A stretch of 64,000 nucleotides of DNA, taken from positions 290,173 to 354,172 of the forward strand of contig CAYRUS010000001.1 in NCBI GenBank assembly GCA_964427735.1, given 5' to 3'. Every line of letters begins with the position of its first letter. The first letter of the stretch is position 1. Source of the DNA: an uncultured Gammaproteobacteria bacterium. Lineage in GTDB: Bacteria; Patescibacteriota; Microgenomatia; UBA8517. The translations under genes and the position numbers were made by a program. Below are positions 57,316 through 64,000 of this stretch, piece by piece. The notes below the pieces were generated by a model that did not search any database, was not told the origin of the DNA, and saw only the letters and a list, made by a program, of their open reading frames with translations.

Positions 57316-57852
57316 ATGACTAAGGCACGAATTCGCATAATCGGTCCTTCAGGAAGTGGGAAATCTACTCTTGCTAAAGCATTATCTAAAAAATTAAAAA
57401 TAAAGTGCTATGCACTGGACAATATCTGTTTTGAACATCTCCCAAACAAGAAAAGAAGGGTACTTGAAAAAGATGAGTATATAAATAAATTATTGAATAT
57501 TATCAAGAAAGACTCTTGGATAATTGAGGGACTTCAGCCTGTTGAAGAGGTTTTTGAGAGTAGTGATGTTATCATTTGGTTAAAACCTGCCGTTTTTGTA
57601 TCCCTATACAGACAGTGGAAAAGGTTTTTACAGGATAGTCAACAACGAAACCAATATGGATTTACGAACAATGTAAAATTGTCCATGTACATACTGAGAC
57701 AGTATTACGGCAAACCTACAGATGAATCTGATCCCAAAAAAACATGGATTAAAAGCGTCAATAAGATTTTGGAAAGATATAAAAACAAATTAGTGATTAT
57801 CGAGGAAAGTTCAGTGAATACTGATGATTTATATACACTTTTAACAGCTTAA
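57316..57852 (+). CDS. P-loop NTPase, adenylate/shikimate kinase-like (topology-modulation-protein-like AAA_33)
   Basis: Walker A IIGPSGSGKSTLAKAL at the N-terminus; 178 aa. Confidence 0.65.
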   Translation: MTKARIRIIGPSGSGKSTLAKALSKKLKIKCYALDNICFEHLPNKKRRVLEKDEYINKLLNIIKKDSWIIEGLQPVEEVFESSDVIIWLKPAVFVSLYRQWKRFLQDSQQRNQYGFTNNVKLSMYILRQYYGKPTDESDPKKTWIKSVNKILERYKNKLVIIEESSVNTDDLYTLLTA

Positions 57853-58487
57853 GTTTAGACAGTTATCAGTCTATATTTTAGATTATTACTGTGAAAGAAG
57901 TCGATAAAATCACTTAATATAATACTTTCCTTCAACTCCGTGCTTAGCAAACAAATCTCCATAAATCATAATTTTCGTTGGAAAGTTTGAGTATTTTGTT
58001 TTCAAAGCCGCTGCTGCATGTTCAGGAAGAATTGAGTCTAATACTGTTGAGATATCTACTAACTTATCTCTTAACAAAGTAGTCTGTTCCAATGGTAATT
58101 GGTTTGGTTCTCTAACCCATACTGATAAAAATAGCTAGGTACTTCCAAACCTTGGAACCTTCAAATCAAATTTAAATATTACTAAACATTGAACATCCGA
58201 TTCTGGAACAGTTAATGGCAAACCGTTATTATGAGAAAATGAGTGGTGTATCTATTTATATTGTGACATAATATATTTTCTATCATCCACGATTACTTTA
58301 TTCGAACTCGTACTTATAATCTCCGAAGTTTTCTTTCTAAGTTCTTTATACTTTACTCTAATAAAGCTCAGTGGTAATTCTTTTCTGATGTTTTTTAAGT
58401 TTAATTTTACCTTACACTTGAGATGCTAGTATACTTTTAACCCATCCTTTGGCGATACTATACCGTATTTGATATAATACCTTCACT

Positions 58488-58916
58488 ATGGGCATTGAGA
58501 AAGAAAACAAGGAATTAGAAGGATCTCCCTTGGATCTTTATGTGGAATTAATAATTCCAGATGAGTTTATCGATAGCACGAATGTTGGTATACACATAGG
58601 AGGATCTTCTCCTAAAGGGCAGTATTCGTTCTCTCTACCAGAAAACACTAGTGACCCAGATCCTGATGAGATAAAAAGGAGGATAATAGAAAGAAAACCA
58701 GTTTATGTCAGTCTTCCCGATGTTGAAGAAGGGAGTGTTTTGTTTATTGCCTTTTCAGGTATAAGATATAATTTACGATCACACACTCAAATAGGTATTG
58801 TTGCAAAATCATATGAATTCAGAGATGGTGCTTGGCGAGAAAATCCCGTTTTAGCTTTTAATTCCAACGATGGCCCTTTTAAAAACGCCTCACCTCAAGT
58901 AAATATCTATCGCTAG
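58488..58916 (+). CDS. hypothetical protein
   Basis: 142-aa ORF preceded by a -10-like box; no Shine-Dalgarno. Confidence 0.45.
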   Translation: MGIEKENKELEGSPLDLYVELIIPDEFIDSTNVGIHIGGSSPKGQYSFSLPENTSDPDPDEIKRRIIERKPVYVSLPDVEEGSVLFIAFSGIRYNLRSHTQIGIVAKSYEFRDGAWRENPVLAFNSNDGPFKNASPQVNIYR

Positions 58917-58948
58917 ATTTAATTAAAAAATAGTACAATAATAACTAC

Positions 58949-59383
58949 ATGAGACAACTCCTGACAACTCTAGTAAATTCATTACGCCTTTTATTTTATT
59001 TAATTATCTTTGTAATCATTGCCGCATACACACCGTTTCTGCTTGACTCGCTCGGATTGATCAAAAGAACTACAGAATGGCAAATAGGTTTTATGTATAT
59101 TACCCTCTCTACTTGGTCAGGCTTGGCTATCGGCAAAGAATTATACAAAACAGGAAAAATAGAATACGGAATATTTGGACGTAGTATGCTTTTTTGGATT
59201 TCCATGGTTGCCTATTTTATTAATTTAATTGGAAATTGGTTTGGTTTAATGAACAAGTATAAATTTGGTGATTTTAATTTTTTAAAGCAGAATTTACTAT
59301 CGTATGTAGTGGGGCTGACAAGTACTTCTTCGATAATTGCCCTTGCTTGGTACCTTTTAGAAAATTACAATTTCCGTTGGTAA
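58949..59383 (+). CDS. hypothetical membrane protein (4 TM helices)
   Basis: 144-aa hydrophobic ORF. Confidence 0.5.
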   Translation: MRQLLTTLVNSLRLLFYLIIFVIIAAYTPFLLDSLGLIKRTTEWQIGFMYITLSTWSGLAIGKELYKTGKIEYGIFGRSMLFWISMVAYFINLIGNWFGLMNKYKFGDFNFLKQNLLSYVVGLTSTSSIIALAWYLLENYNFRW

Positions 59384-59574
59384 GTAGTAAAAAAATGATA
59401 ACAAAGATTAATACTTAGTAGCACTTATTGGTATGGAAGAAGCTAAAGAAGTAGAAGGAAAGCTTCCCAAGACTGTCCCTAATTCATCTGAAAAGCCGAG
59501 TTGCTATTAATGGAGTACTTTTAATATCAAAAGAAGAAAAACCCATTTGATCCAATAATTCATTTTTAATCTTT

Positions 59575-60765
59575 TTAGGCGAAATGCTTCTTTGTTTTTT
59601 CTTTGGTAACTCCACTCCTTTTTCTTTGTTTTTCTATTAATGTGGTTAACTCCTGTATCCCGTCTAGGAACTTTCTTTTCTTTGCTTTTGCAATCAAGGG
59701 CTCCCCTGCAACAGGTGTTACAATCATTGTTGTGTTAAATACAGTAATTTCTTCTACTGCATTTTTAGGTCCTTTTGTGGCAATTTCAATTTTTTCAACT
59801 TCCATTCGCTCTTGCAATTTCCTGCCAAATTTTTCTAAATATTCTATGGATTTTTCAAATTCTTTACTACTTACAGATTCAGGTTTTTTAATAATAAATG
59901 GGATATCTTCCTGTGGCTGCAAAGCTGTAACTGCTTGCAAAATATCTCTTGTGGAATAAAACCCGGTAGGTTTGCGATATTTATCAACTAAAACAATAGT
60001 GTTATGAGAAGAATTAATTAAGTGAGCAATTATTTTTTCTTTAGGTGTGGTATCGGGCAAGGAGCCAACTAAAGATGTGTAATATTTTCGTACAGGTTCG
60101 TCTTTTCTAAACTTTTTCTCCCCTGCCAATGAATAATAGCCTGCTTGAGATCCTTCTCCGGGAAATCTCATTTTTGGGGTAGGTTTGATAAGTACATCCA
60201 TTAAGTCACTCCTGGATACAATCCCTGCTAAGACTCCTTCGTCATCGACAAGTATCATTCTAGAAACACCACTTTTTTTGAGGTCATTAAAAACATCTTT
60301 TACAGAAGCAGTAATTGGGGCAGTTATTGGAGTTGATGATCTAACTTCACTGCTAACAAACCGTAGCAGAGTAGGATTATCTACTATTTCATTAAAAATA
60401 TCTCTAGCATGAATTGTGCCTTGTAAATCCCCATCATTGCTAAATACTGGCAGTACATATATCTTTGCAGCTAACATATGCTCTGCTACTTCGTATAGTG
60501 GTGTGTCTGGAGTAATAAACGGAGGTTTAAAAGCAATAGATGATACTTTGGTTGTGTATGGATAATTACTAGAATAAAGCGTTTTGTATGGTGAAACTAA
60601 ACCCAAAAATTTATTGTCTTCATCAAAAATAAAGACTGCTTCGTGGCTTGAACCAACTAATGAAAGCACACTGCCTAAAGTGCTATTTCCCTTACTTTTC
60701 AATGCGGATTCAAGTGGTGAAATATATTTTTTTATAGAAAGATCTTGGATACTTGGCATCTTCAA
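59575..60765 (-). CDS. tandem CBS-domain protein (two CBS pairs)
   Basis: Four CBS-like modules (e.g. AAKIYVLPVFSNDGDLQGTIHARDI; GVSRMILVDDEGVLAGIVSRSDL). Confidence 0.7.
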   Translation of the reverse strand: MKMPSIQDLSIKKYISPLESALKSKGNSTLGSVLSLVGSSHEAVFIFDEDNKFLGLVSPYKTLYSSNYPYTTKVSSIAFKPPFITPDTPLYEVAEHMLAAKIYVLPVFSNDGDLQGTIHARDIFNEIVDNPTLLRFVSSEVRSSTPITAPITASVKDVFNDLKKSGVSRMILVDDEGVLAGIVSRSDLMDVLIKPTPKMRFPGEGSQAGYYSLAGEKKFRKDEPVRKYYTSLVGSLPDTTPKEKIIAHLINSSHNTIVLVDKYRKPTGFYSTRDILQAVTALQPQEDIPFIIKKPESVSSKEFEKSIEYLEKFGRKLQERMEVEKIEIATKGPKNAVEEITVFNTTMIVTPVAGEPLIAKAKKRKFLDGIQELTTLIEKQRKRSGVTKEKTKKHFA

Positions 60766-60853
60766 ACACTATAGCATTCTAAAGTAAGAAATGGGTAAGT
60801 ATAAGAAGAAGGTTTGTTAAATAATGAAATATCGATATTTTTAGATATATCGC

Positions 60854-61225
60854 TTGACTGTATATCGTATGTCGATATATAATTCCCTCATGAGTGATTT
60901 ATCTAGATCAGAATTTTATATTCTACTTTCCCTTGCCATAAAGGAAAGGCACGGGTATGAGATTATGAAGCAAGTAAAAAAAGACTCAGGAAAAAAGGTA
61001 ATTCTTGGACCAGGTACTTTGTATGGGTCTATTAAAAGAATGCTTGAGTCAAATTTAATAAAAGAAGTTAAAGGAGGTAATCCAAGACGAAAATATTACA
61101 CTCTTACAGAAAAAGGCAAAAAATCATTATCTTCAGAACTTGCTCGTTACAACGACGCAGTTCAATTGGCTAAAGAGAACAATCTATTCAAAAATTTAGG
61201 ACTGGTTAAGTTAGCAATATCCTAA
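60854..61225 (+). CDS. PadR family transcriptional regulator
   Basis: FYILLSLAIKERHGYEIMKQV...GPGTLYGSIKRMLE winged-helix signature. Confidence 0.85.
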   Translation: MTVYRMSIYNSLMSDLSRSEFYILLSLAIKERHGYEIMKQVKKDSGKKVILGPGTLYGSIKRMLESNLIKEVKGGNPRRKYYTLTEKGKKSLSSELARYNDAVQLAKENNLFKNLGLVKLAIS

Positions 61226-61226
61226 T

Positions 61227-61757
61227 ATGAAATCTGTAATTCATTTATCTGAGCGAATTTACAATGTTTTTTTGAAATTCTATCCTCTCTCCTATAGAAA
61301 CAGATTTGGAGATGAAATGAAGTATGTGTACTCAGAATCCATCAAAGATGCATACCAGGAAGATGGTGAAAAAGGTCTAATTTATTTTTGGTTTATTTCA
61401 TTAGTTGATGGAATCAAAAGCTTATTTATACAACATCTGGAAAATGAGAAAGGAGGTGAAAATATGAAAAAAGACATAATAATGCAAAACAAAGTCTTTT
61501 TTTGGCTTGCAGTAACCACTGTTTTGATACTTTCTATTCCTTTTATTGCTATGCAATTTGATACTGGAGTTAATTGGTCATCTGGTGATTTTGTAGTGAT
61601 GGGAGTAATGATATTTGGGTTTGGTAGTTTATTTGTGATTGTAGCAAGATTGATACCTGTCAAATACAGGGCACTTGCAGCTTTTATTTGTGTAGCAGCA
61701 TTTTTGTGGTTGTGGGTTGAACTGGCAGTAGGACTTTTTACAAACTGGGGTAGCTGA
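61227..61757 (+). CDS. PadR-associated hypothetical membrane protein
   Basis: Immediately follows the PadR gene; TM helices in the C-terminal half. Confidence 0.5.
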   Translation: MKSVIHLSERIYNVFLKFYPLSYRNRFGDEMKYVYSESIKDAYQEDGEKGLIYFWFISLVDGIKSLFIQHLENEKGGENMKKDIIMQNKVFFWLAVTTVLILSIPFIAMQFDTGVNWSSGDFVVMGVMIFGFGSLFVIVARLIPVKYRALAAFICVAAFLWLWVELAVGLFTNWGS

Positions 61758-61898
61758 TTAATAATCGGATAGTTAATATACCCAATACTATAAAAAAGCT
61801 GAGGATGATACCAGCGAGAAAATTAAAGAGTGGTGAAGGAACTGAAGTTTTGGTAGAAATGAATGTAATCTAAAAACACGTTGAAAAGTTATAGGTCG

Positions 61899-62351
61899 TT
61901 ATTCTTGGCTTTTCATTCCATAATAAGGGCCGCTTGGTTCTGATTGATACCTTGGATGTTTTCTATTCATCTTATGTCCTTTACCGTGTATAACTTCTGC
62001 TTTTTCCTTATCAAACCCCATTGCGTTAGCAATTGACACCTTACTATATGGTTCCCAATGCCCAACATATCTTAATTCATAGACTTTTCCGTCATCACCT
62101 CTATGAAACGATCTATTGATATTTCTACCATCATAAACAAATACATCTGTAAATTCATCATGCTCCCAAGGTTCCGAGAGTATATTAAATTCCACACCTG
62201 TTTCACCACTGCGTAGTTCCGACCGTACTTTTCGCAATTCTTTATTTGCCTTACTTACTCTAGCCGATAAGTTATTTGGAAGAATCTCGGCTGGAACCCC
62301 TCTCCAACCCTGTGTATAATATACTTTCTCTTTTTCTATTCCTATACTCAT
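61899..62351 (-). CDS. hypothetical protein
   Basis: 150-aa ORF. Confidence 0.45.
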   Translation of the reverse strand: MSIGIEKEKVYYTQGWRGVPAEILPNNLSARVSKANKELRKVRSELRSGETGVEFNILSEPWEHDEFTDVFVYDGRNINRSFHRGDDGKVYELRYVGHWEPYSKVSIANAMGFDKEKAEVIHGKGHKMNRKHPRYQSEPSGPYYGMKSQE

Positions 62352-62716
62352 ATTAAATTTAAGAAATCACACAACAACTATGGGTATGTGTCAACAGCGT
62401 TTAGTTCTCATTTAAATTATTTACTCGTACATAATTTTGATTTAGGAGTCTAATGAACTTTTGCTAATATACGTCATCAAATGTTGTCATAATTACAAAC
62501 CTGTAGTATAATACTATAGTAAATTATGATTATTACTTATGACAACCTAATTACTTTCTATTTTACCTTTTTGGGGGCAACTGTCTTTGCAAATATAGTT
62601 GCTGTTATTTTTAAGAACTTACTAGTATTTATATATGAAATCGTTCCTAAAATTAATCAATACGTACTAGATACAGATATGAGATTTTTAGATTTAAATA
62701 TATTAGCTAAGAGAAA

Positions 62717-63340
62717 ATGAAGATTGATACAATAAAAAGTGCATTTACTATAAGTATTTGGGGTGCGATAATTTTGATGACGCTACTGTTTTCTGGAGTC
62801 ATTTATGCTAGTAGCATTGAGACTCTTTATAGTATGGATCTTCCTTACGTGAATTCGCTAAACTCACAAAACACCACAAGTCTTCTACCAGCAAATTTTG
62901 AAAACCAACCTGAGTTTACTAGCTTAAATGGTAATCCTCTAGGTGATTATGGAAAACCTGTGTCTCTCTATTTACCATCAGTTAGTAGACGTTTAGAGAT
63001 AGTTCCATTAATTACTAAGGATAATAGTATTCTACTCAGACCAAACAATGTACATTACACAATAGAAAGCAAGGACAATATAGCAAACACTTATCTATTT
63101 ATGAATTCCTCTTGGAGGGCTGTAAACAATCCCGAAGAAATAAAAAATGGTTCTTATATTTATATCGATACCCAACGAGAATGGCGATACATATTTGAAA
63201 TCGTAGATTCTATAAAATTACCAACAGAGTTTGACTATACACTACCAAAAACTGACAACTCGCAACTATTATTGATTATAAAAAAAGACACTGAGCTATA
63301 CATTTTTAGATCAGTATATCGAAATATAATATCAAAGTAA
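62717..63340 (+). CDS. membrane-anchored hypothetical protein
   Basis: N-terminal TM helix; 207 aa. Confidence 0.5.
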   Translation: MKIDTIKSAFTISIWGAIILMTLLFSGVIYASSIETLYSMDLPYVNSLNSQNTTSLLPANFENQPEFTSLNGNPLGDYGKPVSLYLPSVSRRLEIVPLITKDNSILLRPNNVHYTIESKDNIANTYLFMNSSWRAVNNPEEIKNGSYIYIDTQREWRYIFEIVDSIKLPTEFDYTLPKTDNSQLLLIIKKDTELYIFRSVYRNIISK

Positions 63341-63341
63341 T

Positions 63342-64000
63342 ATGAGTACACCATTTGAACTAATGCGAAATCTAGCTTTCTTTTTTGCAACAGTAATGTT
63401 GTTAAAATACTTTATATTCTTGATGGTTGCACCTTTTTACCAAGTACAAGAGTATATTAGAAGGTTGAAAATTAAAGACACAAAACCTTATTGGGAACCG
63501 TTAGTCACAATAATTATACCCGCCTGGAACGAAGAAATAGGAATTAAAAAAAGCATAACATCATTAATTAATAACACTTATAAAAATATAGAAATTATAG
63601 CGGTTAACGATGGATCCACAGATAACACAGAAAAAGTCATAAAGAAAATTAAAGACAAACGCTTAAGATACATTAAAAAACAAAAAGCTGGCAAGGGTTC
63701 AGCCCTTAACGAAGGGATAAAATATGCACGTGGAGAAATTATTGTAACAATGGATGCTGATTCGGCTTTTGATAAAAATGCAATAAATAATATTGTAAAT
63801 TACTTTAAAGACGGTAATGTTGATGCTCTAGTAGGAAACGTAAAAATAGCTAATGGTGCAGGGGTGCTTGGCCTAATCCAAAAATTAGAGTACATGTTTG
63901 GCTTTTATTTCAAAAAAGCACATCATATTTTTGGGGCTGAATATATTTTTGGAGGAGCCTGTGCTGCATTCAGGAAAAAAACAACTTTTGAAAAATTTGG
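63342..64000 (+). CDS. processive family-2 glycosyltransferase (NodC/chitin or cellulose synthase-like), N-terminal part; continues past the window
   Basis: Translation from the ATG at 63342 gives ...IIIPAWNEE...AVNDGSTDNT...KAGKGSALNEG...DADS...; open to the window end. Confidence 0.75.
   Translation, partial: MSTPFELMRNLAFFFATVMLLKYFIFLMVAPFYQVQEYIRRLKIKDTKPYWEPLVTIIIPAWNEEIGIKKSITSLINNTYKNIEIIAVNDGSTDNTEKVIKKIKDKRLRYIKKQKAGKGSALNEGIKYARGEIIVTMDADSAFDKNAINNIVNYFKDGNVDALVGNVKIANGAGVLGLIQKLEYMFGFYFKKAHHIFGAEYIFGGACAAFRKKTTFEKF

Noticed and set aside
1-64000. Search for CRISPR arrays, rRNA genes and IS/transposase genes
   Set aside because: No regularly spaced direct repeats, no rRNA-like conserved blocks and no transposase or integrase ORFs seen. 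The only mobile-like signals are the tRNA-Gln partial duplication and the 55-nt repeat pair.

Overview
This is a visibly AT-rich, tightly packed bacterial window with many short genes, several HD-domain and cell-envelope genes, and a mix of Shine-Dalgarno and apparently leaderless starts. By inference it is consistent with a reduced-genome Patescibacteria/CPR-like organism. Confident housekeeping calls are serS, lysS, lon, greA, truB, uppP, dgkA, obg, msrA, an M16 and an M20 peptidase, an ECF sigma/anti-sigma pair, two sensor kinases and a single-domain response regulator. There are two tRNAs, Glu-CUC and Gln-CUG, neither with an encoded CCA. Features worth a second look: (1) a diadenylate cyclase CdaA fused to YbbR/CdaR domains in one ORF; (2) two unannotated small ORFs, both starting MAAKKK and both with strong Shine-Dalgarno sites; (3) a GC-rich ~250 nt region at 40376-40626 (minus) whose ends pair like a tRNA acceptor stem next to a T-arm-like hairpin, making it a tmRNA-like ncRNA candidate; (4) tRNA-Gln preceded by a direct copy of its own 5' 18 nt, which brackets a 78-aa GIY-YIG nuclease ORF and a GC hairpin; (5) immediately downstream of that tRNA, a compositionally distinct oxidoreductase/detox operon (F420-type NADP oxidoreductase, SDR, NADPH-FMN reductase, UBP zinc finger, VOC ring-cleaving dioxygenase, carboxylesterase) that resembles a quinone/electrophile detox regulon and a tRNA-integrated island; (6) a ~55 nt imperfect direct repeat present twice (48829-48883 and 56349-56403), each carrying a promoter-like TTGGTT-17-TAAAAT/GAAGAT box and ending at an ATG. 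The two copies bracket an hsdM remnant with an in-frame stop, an Erm/KsgA-like rRNA adenine methyltransferase and a seven-gene glycosylation/sugar-phosphate cluster. No CRISPR array or rRNA is present.
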